From NCBI GenBank assembly GCA_030704615.1, contig CM060733.1, forward strand, positions 40,486,001-40,550,000: a stretch of DNA of 64,000 nt, read 5' to 3'. Within the stretch, counting starts at the first letter, position 1, and each line of letters begins with the position of its first letter. This DNA is from Takakia lepidozioides (Eukaryota; Plantae; Bryophyta). This document shows, piece by piece, positions 1 through 13,605 of the stretch. The position numbers were made by a program, and so were the translations under genes. Below the pieces are notes generated by a model. It was not told where the DNA came from. It saw only the letters and a program-made list of their open reading frames with translations, and ran no database searches.

Positions 1-1185
1 CTACTATTGGGCTGAAAACATGTCAATGCTGTATGTTGTGCTGAGTCATGCCAATTAGGAAGTATTCCATGCACCCTCCCCTCGTACCCTCCTCCTAGCG
101 TGCAACGCGTCCCTCTCAGGCCAGTGCGCGCTCCTTTTCTCATTGTTTCAGCGTAGGCGGCCTCGCTGGAAGCATGCTTTCGTGTCTCAGCTATTATTAC
201 TGCATGGCTCGTTTTAATATCTGCATGTGTTAGCGCAGGCTTTCTCGTCTCCCTCCCTTCTCCCCTTGTCGGCGCTTTACTCCTGAGCTGCAGTCCCGCC
301 CTCGCTTCTGCGCCCTCTCTCCAGCTCTTCGTGCGCGCTGATTCGCTTTCCCAGCCTGCGCTGCGCTCTGTCGGTTCTTCATCGTCGATTATCCCTGCCT
401 GCGGCTTCCTGCTTTATATGGAGTTTATTTGATGCTAGGCTGTCAGCTGCAGTCGGCAAGGTAGTCAGTTGCAATTATTTGGATTCCTAGTGTGGCGGCT
501 CTCCCTCCCGCCTGGCTCCTATCTCCTGGTGTGCGCCACGCAGTCTCCTGCATTGCGCCCCCAGCATTTACTTGTTCCCCGCCCGCTGCCCATTCCTGGC
601 CTTCTTCCTCTGATCAGTTCACTCACTCCTTCTTAACGTGATCTCCCCGCCTTCGCTTGGCTCCTTCTCTTTGCTGTGCGCGTGCTCTTGCAATCTTGTA
701 TTGCATCTCTTCTTCTCTCTGCCGATCATGACCTCTAGGGGTGCCCCCTCCCGCAAGAAGAGATCGAGATCCGGAGTCAGCTCAAGAGGTAGGGGTAGTT
801 GGGTGACCCGCACCACCGCTCCCTCATTTTAGGCAAGGGCCCAGACGCAGCTGGTCCATCTCAGGGGATGGATTTGATCCCCTGGGCTGAGTCAGTGGCC
901 CCTATCTCTGATTCTCAGGAAATCATTCCGCTGGACTTAGAATGCCTGAGAGCTCACTCAGCTAAAATGCAGCAGCATGGCATTCTTGTGCACTTTCCAG
1001 AGAGACCGAAAGACAGATTGGGCGAGGAAATGGATTATAGAGCACTTGGGGGCAGAAGGCGGTCTCACGCACCATTTCTGCCACTCCATGGGCAGGGGCT
1101 TTTATCCAGTGAAGTTCGGTTCAAAGGAGGATGCAGAGAGGGCCCTGGCTTTCAACACCAGCAAGTCGCGCTTCAAGGTACACAT

Positions 1186-1483
1186 TGTAGAAATAACAAA
1201 CCACCTGATCTGTAACTATAAAGTCAGGGTTATCTGTAACACACAAATAGAACTAGAGTCAGCAAGATTTGCTGTAAAGTAGTTAGTCATCAATGAAAGA
1301 GACAACTGGGTAGATAGAAATTAAGCTGATAGAGTTATTAGCACACGGATGCTATAAACATAGGTAGGTGAGGTAACCAGTATAAGAGGTAACCAGTGTA
1401 ACCAGTATATGTCTCAGATCACCGTTCTTGTGGAGATCTATTATAGTAAAGCTTGAGCTTTATGTTGCTGAGTTTTTCTAACA
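1186..1483 (+). repeat. Copia 5' LTR
   Basis: TGTAGAAAT...TTCTAACA, direct repeat of 5495-5783. Confidence 0.95.
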
Positions 1484-1496
1484 TGGTATTAGAGCC
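1484..1496 (+). promoter_or_regulatory. Primer-binding site, tRNA-iMet type
   Basis: TGGTATTAGAGCC directly after the LTR; one mismatch to TGGTATCAGAGC. Confidence 0.9.
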
Positions 1497-1542
1497 AGCC
1501 ATTTGATCCTTAGCTTACAGATAGATACAAGAGTCTACGGTC

Positions 1543-4500
1543 ATGACTTCAGAGATTTCAGTGGAAGAGCGTGGTGTTCAGGAGTCAGAGGTGACTAGTC
1601 CTGCAAGGAGAACGACGCTCAAAGCACTCGAAATTCCACACTCGTCGAGAATGACAGGAGGTAGTGAGGGAGCTATCTTTGAAGTCAACAAGCTGGCGGG
1701 AATAGCCAATTATCAGACTTGGAGGTTCAGGTTGAGGGTAGTAGTGTATCTGACTACCTAAGAAATGTGCAGGATCTGCACCAGCAGTTGCTAGCGATGG
1801 GAGATGTCATACCAAATGAAGATATCGTCATGGCAATACTCAATGCTCTACCTAAGAGCTATGAGTCATTCATACAAAGCATCTCCAGCAGGGACGAATT
1901 TCCTACACTTGATCAGTTCTATCACGAAGAAACTAGGAGGGAGATGAAGGGAACCAAGAAGGTTGAGGAGGAGGCCTTGATCATGAAGTTTAAGAAGCTA
2001 TACAAAAAGAACGATGAGCATAGGTCGACCAAGCCAAGGCTTGGCAAGTGCTACAATTGTGGAGAACCAGGTCACTGGGCCCGTGAGTGCACTAATCCAA
2101 AAAAAATGGGGAAGAAACCACATCAAACAAATAGTAGCACCAAGGCCAAAGGGAAGCAAGTTGCAAACATCGTGCAAACTGAATCAAGTGATGAAGACAA
2201 GGAGTCTATTGAAGAGGGATCTGATCTGTTTGAAATGGCAGTGGCCTCTCTTGAGATAGAGAAAACTCACGATGGAAGCCCATGGTACTTTGACTCTGGG
2301 GCATCCAAACATGTGACGGGAAAGAAAAGTAGTTTGGACAGCTTTGAGGCCTCTGTGAATGATGGACGTGTGAAGTCTGCAGGTGGGCAGACTCACATTG
2401 TGAAAGGCAAAGCCACATTTGTAACCCCTTCAGGAATAAAAAGGATTGACGAGGTTCTCTACGTACCGGGTCTGACCAAAAATTTGTTGTCAGTCGGATC
2501 TATAGCGGACAAGGGACACATCGTTGTGTTTGATTCGCATAGATGTCTAGTAATGTCCAAAAATGGGCCCAAACAGATAGTAGCAAAAGGGATTCGTGAT
2601 CCTAGAAATGGTTTCTATAAGATGGATATGTAACAGATAGAAGTAAATGTTGTGTCATCGAGAGAGAAGGAAGTCATGTTGTGGCATCAAAGGCTGGGGC
2701 ATTTAGGCTCTCAGAACAGGAAGCTACTGGAAAAGCAAAATCTTGCAGAAGGGTTGCCAACGCTTGATGACCTAGATGAAACGTGCGAACATTGCATGGC
2801 AGGGCGACAAGTCCAAGAGCCAGCTCCGAAAATCAGCACAAGAAGGGGCGAACAGGCCGCTCGAGTTGGTTCACACTGACCTATGTGGACCATTGCCAAC
2901 AGCATCATTATGCGGTTCTAAGTATTTTGCTACCTTCACTAATGATTATAGCAGATTCACTTGGATATTTTTTCTCAAGAAGAAGTCAGAGACCTTGGAG
3001 AAATTTAAACAGTTTAAGCAACTTGCCGAAAATCAGACCAAGGAGAAGCTAGTAGCGCTGCGATCAGACCGTGGAGGTGAGTTTATATCATCGGCCTTCG
3101 TCAATTTTTGCAGAGAAAATGGGATTAAGAGGGAGTTGACACAAGCATATACTCCTCACCAAAATGGAGTTTCTGAAAGGAAGAATCGAACGCTGTTGGA
3201 AAAGGCTCGGAGCATGTTTATACCTAGCAAACTCCCAAATTATCTTTGGACAGAGGCTGTGAATGCGGCAACCTATTTGGCCAATAGACTTCCTACTCGT
3301 GCAAACGAAGGTATGACTCCCATCCATAAGCTTACAGGCGAGAAACCTCGGTTAGACCATTTGAGAGTCTGGGGTTGTGAGGCGTTCATGCATGTTGCCA
3401 AAAATAAGAGAAGTAAACTTCAATCCAAGTCCCAGCGATGCCTTCTAGTAGGGTATGACGAGCAGAGCAAAGCATACAGGTTGTTCTATCCAAAGAAGAA
3501 AATCATTGAAATTAGCAAGGATGTCAGATTCAATGAGTCCCAGTTTGGATTTAGGGCGAATGACGCTGATGCACTACAAGGACCGACACAAATCAGTCAG
3601 TTTGTCTTCAGGGAAGTGAAAGATGACTTGAAAACTAAGCTTCCTGCATCACCTGCTACAATACAAGAGCGTGCTTTGTCAAATGATGGAAACACCGATG
3701 CATCTGAAGGGTTTTCTGACAATGAAATTGAGACGATGCAACGAGTGACATCACTTTTGATGCATGATGGCTCTTCGTTGGATAGTGGCAACATCTCGAG
3801 AGAAATACAAGCACACTCGAGGGAGAATATTGAGGAGAATGTGCCACGGCAATCAACAAGACAGAAACGTCTACCAAAGAGGTACACTGACTTCATTATG
3901 TCCATAGAAGAGCAGGAACCCGTAACCTTTGAAGAAGCGATTGTGAGTAGAGGCTGGAAAGAAGCTATGAACTCTGAAATGGAGTCGATCGCTAAAAACA
4001 AAACGTGGGAGTTGGTAGATCTTCCTTCGGGGAAATAACCCATAACAACAAAATGGGTGTACAAGATAAAGATGGGATCAACTGGAAAGCCTAAGAAATT
4101 AAAGGCAAGACTTGTGGCTAGGGGATTCCAACAGGTTGAGGGTTTGGATTATGATGAGATGTTTGCCCCAGTGGTAAAATGGGCGACAATCAGAACCGTT
4201 ATTGCCATGGCTACTCATGAAGGATGGGAGATCAATCAATTAGATGTGAAGACCGCTTTTCTAAATGGGGAGTTGAGAGAGGAAGTGTATATGATGCAAC
4301 CTGATGGATTTATCAAGCCAGGAGAAGAAGGAAAGGTATGCAGGTTAAGAAGAGCATTGTACGGATTGAAGCAGGCTCCAAGAGCCTGGTATGAGAGGAT
4401 AGACACCTACTTGAGAGCACAGGGTCTCAACAGAAGTGAATCATATTGTAATATCTATTTCTTCAATGAGGATGGCAAAACAGTCATTCTAGCACTCTAT

Positions 4501-5466
4501 GTGGATGACCTATTGTTGACTGGTAGCGATACTACCAAGATTAGCTGGATCCAAACCCAACTCGAGAGTGTCTTTGAAATGTCTAGCCTTGGCCGACTGA
4601 GCAGATATCTCGGAGTAGAGTTTACCCATGTTGACAAAGGGATATTCATGGGGCAAAAGCTCTACATCATGGACATGTTTAGAGAATTTAACATGGAGGA
4701 CTGCAGAACGAGCAAAACGCCCATGGCAGAGGGACTCAGGTTAGCAGCAGATATGGGGACAGAAGCAGTAGATGCAACAATGTATCGGAGAATGGTGGGG
4801 AAGCTTCTCTATTTGACCAATACTAGACCCGACATCAGTTATGCAGTTGGAGTAGCAAGCAGATTCATGGAGAGGCCTGAGGAAACGCATCTCGAAGTAG
4901 TGAAGCACATATTGAGATACCTCAAAGGAACAACTGATTTGGGAATCATGTACTGGAGAGGTGACTCTAATGTCATCAACAGATATTCCGACTCCGATTG
5001 GGCTGGGGACTATGACAGCAGAAGATCAACAAGTGGCTTCATTTTCAGGTTGGGAGCAGGACCCATAAGCTGGTTGAGTAAACGTCAACCAACTGTAGCC
5101 TTATAATCGACAGAGGCTGAATATAGGTCATTATCAGATAGCACCAAGGAGTCCGTTTGGCTGAAGCGAATGCTTCAAGAATTGAGTCTTGCAGACGAAA
5201 GGGTGCCTATTCAGATGTACTGTGATAATCAGAGTTGCATTAAGATAGCGCATAACCCTGTTTTTCATACTAGAACTAAACACATAGAAGTCCAATATCA
5301 TTTTGTTCGAGAACAGATTTTGTTAGGGAACCTAGAGGTCAATGATGTCTCAACCACCGAACAAATAGCGGACATTCTGACAAAAGCCTTAGGAAGACTC
5401 AAGTTTGAGAAGTGCAGATTCAAAGTAGGCATGAGGAGTTTGCAAGAAGTTAGAGGTCCAAACTAG
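1543..5466 (+). pseudogene. Copia gag-pol, inactivated
   Basis: CCHC knuckle CYNCGEPGHWAREC, PR WYFDSGAS, INT HTDLCG/LRSDRGGEF/NGVSER, RT YVDD, RH YSDSDWAG. Stops at ~2631, 4036 and 5104, a frameshift at ~2850 and an internal gag deletion at ~1737. Confidence 0.95.
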
Positions 5467-5494
5467 AATTCTATAATTGTGGTTTGAGAGGGAG

Positions 5495-5783
5495 TATAGA
5501 AATAACAAACCACCTGATCTGTAACTATAAAGTCAGGGTTATCTGTAACACACAAATAGAACTAGAGTCAGCAAGATTTGTTGTAAAGTAGTTAGTCATC
5601 AATGAAAGAGACAACTGGGTAGATAGAGATTAAGCCGATAGAGTTATTAGCACACGGCATGCTGTAAACATAGGTAGGTGAGGTAACCGGTATAAGACCT
5701 GTAAGTCTGTGTCTCAGATCACCGTTCTTGTGGAGATCTATTGTAGGAAAGCTTGAGCTTTATGTTGCTGAGTTTTTCTAACA
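5495..5783 (+). repeat. Copia 3' LTR, preceded by PPT gagagggag
   Basis: Direct repeat of 1186-1483; first TG mutated to TA. Confidence 0.95.
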
Positions 5784-5829
5784 CACATTTTCCCATGGTC
5801 TCCAGATTGGGGTCACAAAGATGGGGCTT

Positions 5830-6071
5830 AGCATGCCCGAAAAATTTGATGGGACGAGATCAAGATTTCACGGTTTTGTTCAACAAGTACAATTGTTCCT
5901 ACGGCTACATCCACAACGCTACCCTGATAAAGGTATTCAAATGGGATTCGTGGGCACCCTTCTATCAGGCACTGCCATATCTTGGTTTCACCGCTATTAG
6001 AGAATAATTCGCATTTACTATACAATTTTGAAGCGTTGATGTCCGAGTTCACTGCAACGTTTGGAGAGAAT
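5830..6071 (+). other. Inserted fragment of Tcn1-like Gypsy gag
   Basis: Aligns by eye at roughly 90% or more to the reverse complement of 44217-44459 (SMPEKFDGTRSRF...FGEN). Confidence 0.9.
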
Positions 6072-7537
6072 AAGCCTCGAATCATTGCCCTCCCCTTCCT
6101 GAGGGCCACGTCAAAGCGGACTGCCCACACAGGGAGAAGGAGAAGGGCGAGTCCCATGTGCAGGTGGTGGCCACCCCACCTGTAGCACCTATCTCTACTG
6201 AGCCCTCTGTCTAATAAAAGCAGCTTCAGGTGGCTTCTCTGGAGGCTAATGCGGTAAATGATGCTTCACTCCACACCTTCAGAGATGGCCGCGTGGTTAA
6301 GAGAAAGAGAACCATTTCGCCCACGGTGTCGTCCCCCCCACCTCGTCCTAAGCTGTTTCTGCTGCCGCGTGACCAGGGGAGGATTGAAGGACTCTGCTGG
6401 TTACCTGAGGGTGACTCGTGTAAACTTTTGGGTCATCTCATAGGGCATAATCTCTCTCAACAGTCACGTTTTTCCCCTATACTTTGCTCCCTTAAGTCCA
6501 AGCTTTCCTACTGGGGCTCGGCCAGACTTTCCATTGCGGGTCGGGCTTTGGTGGCTAATCAGGTCTTATCTGCATCTATTTGGTTCATTACTTCGGGTTT
6601 GGGATCCAGGTAAGTGCATCCTCAAATCCATTAAAGCCATGATTCGAAATTTTCTTTGGGGAGCCCTGGATGCAACGAACTCCAAACGTGCGCTGGTTTC
6701 CTAGTCACAACTGTGTTTAAAGAAAAAGGATGGGGGTTTGGAATTTTAGATCTAGGTAAAGAAATTGATGCGCTGCTAGGGAAATGGATTCCCCGCTCTT
6801 TCTTGCCTTCGGCTGGGCCTTGGAAATATTTGCTTTGGAATAACGTGCTTAGATCATTTCCATCCTCCAGCCCTGGCTGGAGGCCCAGTTTGCGTTGGCT
6901 GTTCCAAGGAGGTACCAAGAACTGTAGACAATTAGTGGGATCTTTGTGATTATCTTCCAGAAAGGACCCGAAATGAAGCAAAATGTTGGAGAGTGCAAAG
7001 CCCTGGAGGGAGCTCACAAACAATTCTTCAGTCTTTTTAATGGCCAGTGCAATCTCCTGGGAGGGACCAGAGAACTTGATTTGATCCTCTTGCGAGCCCA
7101 GGAATTTGAGAGGCCACACATACCGTCTGTCTGGAGAATTTGGGGGCCATGAATTGTTGGTCATCCAACGAAGTCTGAGATTCCGTGACCTACATCAAAC
7201 TGCTCGATACAATTACATTTGCTGTGATCACATTGGTACCTGAATAATTTATATACATTTGGTGATCTCAATTGAATTAGATTCGATTTCAAACTGTGAC
7301 ATAATTCAACGTCATTTGGTTTATAGTGTGCATCCCAGGCATTCTCAGAACACATGCATAATGGCCTGCGGCGGTTCAAGGATGGAACTGTTTCATGACA
7401 ATGAATTTAAGAAAATTTAGAAAATAGAATTTAAGAGCACATTGACGTTGAATACGCGTCTGCACCAATCATTTAAACTAAATTGAATTTAAAAATTGAA
7501 TCTGATTGATTAGACGGTGCAGGGATCACATTGTAAG

Positions 7538-10500
7538 TTTTTTTTTTTTTTAACAAAGGGGGCGGAGACCCTTTTAGTCAAATTAATAAAAAGGTCAGAA
7601 CAGTGGAAAAAATAACCACTACTAGGGCCGTGAAGGCTTATTGAGGGGAAACTTCCCCGTGACTCTAGCAAAACCAACTAGCTATGCAGTAGAGAAAGAT
7701 GGAGCGACCAAGCAAGCAGGGGCGTTGATGAGAGGGGTTGTGAAAAGATTGGTTCTCTGGTAAGAAGGTAGCGGTGATAGAGAAGAAATGTAGAGAGATG
7801 TGTACATTTCAGATGACAAATGTAGACAGAGAGCAAGCCTCATGTGTCGGAGCTGGAGCAAAAAGAGGCTGAACGAATCATTCTCAAGGAGTCAGCAGGT
7901 ACTAGAATTTCAACTGGGTTTTTAGCTTTGAATCTCTTGCTCTCTTGTGACGCCAGTTGAATTCCACCTCGTCCCCCTCACCAGGGGACCTCCCATTGAG
8001 GGGGGAGAGTGTCTTTCCAGTGAAATTGAAGGTTGGGAAGGCTGGTTCCGAGCAGGCACCCTTTGCCCCAGGAGTCATGGAAACCTTGGAGCGGCTTCCT
8101 CCCCCGCCGTTCTGAAGTTCTGGGAAGAGCTGCACAGACCACCCTTTCCTCCCCTCAGTCAACAGATCAAAGTAAGTACAAAACAAAATTGATCTGCCTC
8201 TAGGGGGTTTACCCTCATAAACCCAAGAGCACCTTGCCTTCCATAAGTTCCCCAGAGTGTGTGCTCTCAAAGTAGCCCAAACTGGGCAGGTACAGTGAGG
8301 TTGGCCAAGTAAGCAATTTAGCAGCAGCAAGGTGGGTGGAGGGAGGGCAAGGAAGGAGGACCAGTGAGAATAGAAAGCCAGAACTACTCTCCAAACCCTG
8401 CTGGATAACGAATAAGAAATTAGGCAGTGCTCTATGGATTCTGGTTGTGTTAGACACAACGTGCAGTTTGGCGTGTCTTCATGGGTTGCCTGTCTGACTG
8501 GTAGAATCTTGTGAGCCAGTTTCCACAAAAATGTAGAAACCTTTGTTGCCCTATCTTTCCTCCATATATCCTTCCATATCTTGTCCCATTTGACGTTGGG
8601 TGAGATTGTAAGTGCTCCATTTCCTACTCCATTTTCTGATGAACGAGCAATGTGGCCTAAGAAGTCTGTATCCGATCTTACCAATGTATCCGAAAAAAGG
8701 GGAGTGCTTTGCATCCATCCAGCTCCACTCCCCTGGATCAAACTGTAAGTCCGCCAGTGGTGCCTGTAGGAACCAGGTCAGAGATATGGCTCGAGCCCAT
8801 TCTAGCTCCTGCCCCTGATTTGGCATTGGGTTGGCATTGCCATTACCATCCAACACTCTAATGTGATACAGAAATTTCGTGTCATGCTCCATTGTTCCCA
8901 TAAAAGCTAGGGAACCATCTGCTGCTGCCTCGAAACCAATTCCTGAAGCCAAGTCTTGTTCTATAGGAAGCACCAAGATGGCAACGGGCTGGTTCGTTTG
9001 GTGGGAGGCCATCCACACCGGGGTTTTCCAGCTGAGCCCGACATCCACAAGCAAGGGAAGCATGTACTAAGGGATGTTCTGGAGTATGGTATCCCAACCC
9101 TTGGCTCTTCTCCCACCCATATAGCTTGAGATTTCAGCTCTCTTGTAGAATTGGGCCCGGTCGCGGATACTTGCCATGTGTGTGAACCCCTGCCCCTCCC
9201 CAGAAAGCCCATTTTGCATTTTGCCTAACAACTCCGATGAGTCCATGTTGAAGTTTGGCAAAAATGGTTGCCTTAGGCACTCTGGGCTGTTTGCTAGAGA
9301 ACGCTGGGCAGAGAGCCTCACAGGGACTGCCATGCTTTCCAGATCGACTGCCAAGGTCTGGACCCAGTGAGGTACCTTTGTTTTTCCCTTGACCCACCCA
9401 TCTCAAGGAAAGAGCCCACAGGGGAGAAGAGGATGGATTGCTCCATAAGATAAGGCTGAATTAGTTTACTACAGGGAGTGTGTCTGTGCTTAATAGCTCT
9501 AGAAACCCATTTTGCCAAAAGGGCTTTTATTTGTGAACCTGGATCTATAATGCCCAATCCTCCTCTATTCCTCTTTTGACAAGTTGTTCCCATGAGACCA
9601 GGGCTCGCTTAAATGTAGTTGCAGATGAGGCTCCCCACAGGAAGTTACGCACCAGGCCTTTTATTCTTTGACAAGGTTTTGTCCCTGGATCCCACACAGC
9701 AGCATAGAACCAAATTCCATCCTTCCAGCACCTGGTTAACCACCAGGGCCCTTCCAACCAAGATAGCATAGCGGAGCCCAAAAAGCCAGTTTTTTTCTTT
9801 AACTTGTTGATGACCCCCTTCATATAGCTCTGCTGGGGAAGGTTCAGACCTATCTGGTGGCCCAAGAGTCTGTGTGATTCTCCCTATTTTAGCCATCTAA
9901 GGCCTATCTCCTCACCCCATGCCTGACAATGAGATGCATGGGAGCCGGTTTGCAGCATAGACAGGATACCAACAGATTTCCTCCAGTTCACCTTGAGGCC
10001 TGAGGCCAGGCAGAAAGACTGTAGAGCTTGTAGGGCACGGTCTATATTTCCTTTGCAAGAATTGTCCAGTAGTAAGCTAGTGTCATCTGCGTACATGGAA
10101 GTTTTCAACATTTCTTCCTGATATGTTGGTAGATGCAGCCCCACAAATGTCTTGTCTGAAGTCCAGTAGATGCCCTAGAGAGTCCCCGCTATGAGGAAAA
10201 AGGGAAGCCAGTGGACAGCCTTGCCTGACAGATCTGGTAATGGCAAAAGATTGTGAGATAACCCCATTTACCATTACTCTACTAGAGGCAGAATGGAGCA
10301 GGATACGAACCCAGTCCACGAAGAAGCCTGGCAGCCCCGTCTTTTCCATTGCCTGTAATAAGAATTGCCAATCAATGGAGTCATAGGCCTTCTCGAAGTC
10401 CAGCATGGGGAAGGCAAGGGGCTGATGATTGAGAGTGGCTCTGTGCAAGGCTTCGTGGGCCAGCAGTCAAGGATCGTGCGATCTTTTAGGAACCCTGTTT

Positions 10501-11478
10501 GGTCCTTCCTAATGATGGATGGCAGCAGTGGTTGTAACCTCAAAGCCAAAGCCTTTGCAATTATCTTGTAGGTGGAGTTGAGAAGCGTAATGGGGCGGTA
10601 GTTGGTCATGGTATCCTTGTCTCCTTTCTTGAAAATCAGAGTAATGAGCCCTTCCAAGATCTGGGATGGCATCACACCTTTTTATCGAAGATGTCATTGG
10701 CCATTAGCAGAATCATCACTTATTGTTCCCGCATGGCCTTGAAGAACTCAATCATTGGCAACCGTCCAGCTCAGGTGGATTTGTTTGAAGCCATGCTTTC
10801 CACCGCCTCTCCCAATTCTCTCTCTGTAAATGGGGCTGCGAGTGTGTTCCTGTTCGTGGCGCCAAGAGCCTCTGGGATCCTTTGAATGAGTAAAGCTCTC
10901 GCCTGATCTCTGGAGGCCGAGGGGGGCTGGCATTGAAATAGCTGCCCAAATAACCTTGCTGCCAGCGTTGCCATATTCCTAGGGTTGTCTCTTGGCAGTC
11001 CTGTATCCGGTCTTTTCAGTGCAGGCACTGTAGTGGCAGCTCTCCTTTGCGCGGCTTGGGTGAAGAAGTACTTGTTCATCTTTTCGCCTTTCAGCGACCA
11101 ATTAACACCTGCTTTGATTCTGATGAGCTTTCTTTGGCTGTAGTAGCAGCGACAAGTTTCTTTTAGCAGTGTTGTAGGAGATCAACGTCTGAGGCCCTTC
11201 ACGGCCTGCCTGAAGTTGTTACTGACACACTCGCAAACATTTGGTGAGAGCTTTTTGTTTTCTGGATCTCTCCTTAGCCTGCTCCCTAGATATTTCCTGA
11301 TAACACTTCCAGACTAGTTTGAGCTTAGATAGGTAGATCAGTGTCGGAGAGGAATAGGGGAGGGAAGCAGTTCGCCAGGCATTTTCCAGAGACTGAAATT
11401 GCCCTACGGGTCATTCAAGATTGTTGGGTTGAGTTTGAAGTAACCCCTGCCTTTGACCCTGGCGCCTGGGGTACTGAG
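7538..11478 (-). mobile_element. L1/Tx1-like LINE: decayed ORF2, 3' UTR and poly(A); 5' part cut off by CACTA insertion
   Basis: Poly(T) at 7538-7551. RT motifs NYRPITLLN, LDFEKAYD, RQGCPL, YADD; zf-RVT CTLC...ESIEHC; post-endonuclease GYFKLN near 11440. Confidence 0.93.
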
Positions 11479-12160
11479 CACTAGTACAGATTAACGTTTT
11501 TATGACTATGGATATCACTGCATTTGCATGCATAGGGATAAGTGCTTTTACGACTACCACCTACACTCTACAGTGACAAACACGAAGTCAGTTCTACCAT
11601 GACTACGGAGTGATAAGTGCGAAGTCATGGTCGTCACTAAGGACGTGGCATGGGATAGTGATGCAGGGTTTGGTGATGTAGTCATAACAGAAATAACTAC
11701 ACGACTGTAAGTTATGACTACATCACTACAGCATTGCGCCTACATGGAGAGCTTGTGCGTGACACGTGGGATCCTTGGGATTTGACATGTGTGACCATAT
11801 GGTACAGTGGACTACAACGACTACACGACTACATGTCATGACTAACATGATAACTACATTACTACAGAAGTCCGCCTACATGGATAGTTGTATGCGTGAC
11901 ACACACGTAATCCCTCTGCTATGACACGTGTCCAAATCGTGGATGGAGTATAGTGATGCAGGCGTACTTTATGACTACATGACTACATTGTGTGACTACA
12001 CTGATGACTACATAACTACTCAGTACATCAGCTGAGGATGACATGTGGCAACATTTCAAATACAGGTAGTATGACTACATTACTATGGTGTGACTATAAC
12101 TACACACTACAGATGCTACTGGTCTGTTGGAGTATGTGTGAATGACACGTGTAGGTCATG
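11479..12160. repeat. CACTA-1 terminus and subterminal (T)GACTAC(A) repeats
   Basis: Many direct and inverted copies of gactac/gtagtc directly inside the CACTA terminus. Confidence 0.85.
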
Positions 12161-13605
12161 TTAGATTTTAAATTTTGTTATATTTATTATTCAATTTCAA
12201 ATAATTTAAATAGTAAATTAAGAAAGTAATTAATACTGAAATTTAAACAAAACATGTGGATCTCTCATAAGCACAGCAATTGGCAAAGCAATTGGCCCCT
12301 ATATCAAAGACACACCCCCTCGCAGGGAAGGAGAGCCTGCATTAATCTTCCAATGACCAAAGAGTGGACCCCCAACCAGCTGGCAAGTTGCAAAGTGTGA
12401 ACCCGTTGAATAGACTGACAGAAGCACCAATATCATACAGTCTGAAAGACAACTACAATCAAACATGCCATCCACCATCAAACACACACACACATTCATG
12501 TGCGTGTTCGAAGACAAGTCTTTGTATATTAAATATGACCACAAATATGCTTTTGATGTGCACAATGCACAAATGTCGCTAAACACTTACCTGGAAAAAA
12601 CTAGATTCAACAGATACTGCTAGAAGTAAGGGCTTTTGACACAAAGCAGTAGAACTCCTAAACCTCATGTCTCAGTAGCTCAAACCCAAAGTGGTGGGGT
12701 GCTTTCCTACCACATCCCCAACCACAATATGTTTCTTAACGTCGTTGAGATATGGGAAAGGAGCGTTAGTGAGGTATGCCTCTTTGATTTATATAGCCGC
12801 ATACTCAACTGGCCACATCAGGGTAGCCCTCACTAACAGCAGCCTTGGCAGAGAACATATATTCCCTGATCCAACCTTTGTCCGTTTGGACATCACGTTA
12901 AGGAGCCGAACTGGTCCCCACCTTAAACTGTCATCCCAGCACCCACCAGCAAAAACAATGAGTGAAAATACCATGCATGCTAGACTACGGAGGTCAAGCC
13001 TTATAGTACTTAAGTACCAGGAGGGGGGCTGCAACTATTAATCGGGAATGGATGGAAGGGAGGGGAGGAGAAGGGTAAGGCAGGAAGGTCTACAGCCAAC
13101 AAGTTGCAGCAAACAACCATACAATACCCACACCCACATTTCCTTTCGTTCTCTCTACCTACCTACCCAAAGGCTATGCCAAACACAAGGTCTTATGAGT
13201 ACTTTCTGTACCTACCTACCCTTGGCAATAAACTGAGTAAATCCCTCACAATGGTCTCTCCCCCTGGATGCGGGGTCTATGACCACAAGGCTACAGCAAA
13301 CGTGAAGGACGGTAGTCTACACTCCAATGGCCACATAAACAAAATTGGAAAGAGAGGTCATGGACTTACACCAATTGATTTCAGGCTGCTGTGAGAACTG
13401 CTGTGAGAGGTCTCTTCCCAGCTCCTCTGCCTGACTGTTGACAACATGGAGCCGCTTCATCATAGGTCCCTATATCACAACCATTACACAATTTCTTCAG
13501 TGGCATTACACCCTGAACTACACTAGTTCATAGCTCACTCAAGAGAAACCCATGCTCATGCAATTCCACAAGCAACCCAAGGAATTCCAAATGTACTGGC
13601 CCGAC

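Larger units (their letters stand above)
1186..5783 (+). mobile_element. Full-length Ty1/Copia LTR retrotransposon with 5-bp TSD CACAT
   Basis: Paired LTRs; TSD cacat at 1181-1185 and 5784-5788; PBS and PPT present; domain order gag-PR-INT-RT-RH. Confidence 0.97.
1..7160 (+). mobile_element. Decayed L1/Tx1-like LINE (5' region, ORF1 remnant, internal ORF2 fragment), interrupted by Copia and a gag patch
   Basis: ORF1 has a DUF4283-like motif GRGFYPVKFGSKEDAERAL...KVHI, continuing after the Copia as FPWSPDW. A zinc-knuckle remnant EGHVKADCP lies at ~6090-6130. An ORF2 post-RT segment KLSYWGSARLSIAGRALVANQVL lies at ~6400-7150. Outer boundaries are approximate. Confidence 0.8.

Noticed and set aside
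11195-11206. CCTTCACGGCC inside LINE ORF2, complementary to the 3' UTR motif
   Set aside because: A single 11-bp match that cannot be distinguished from chance.
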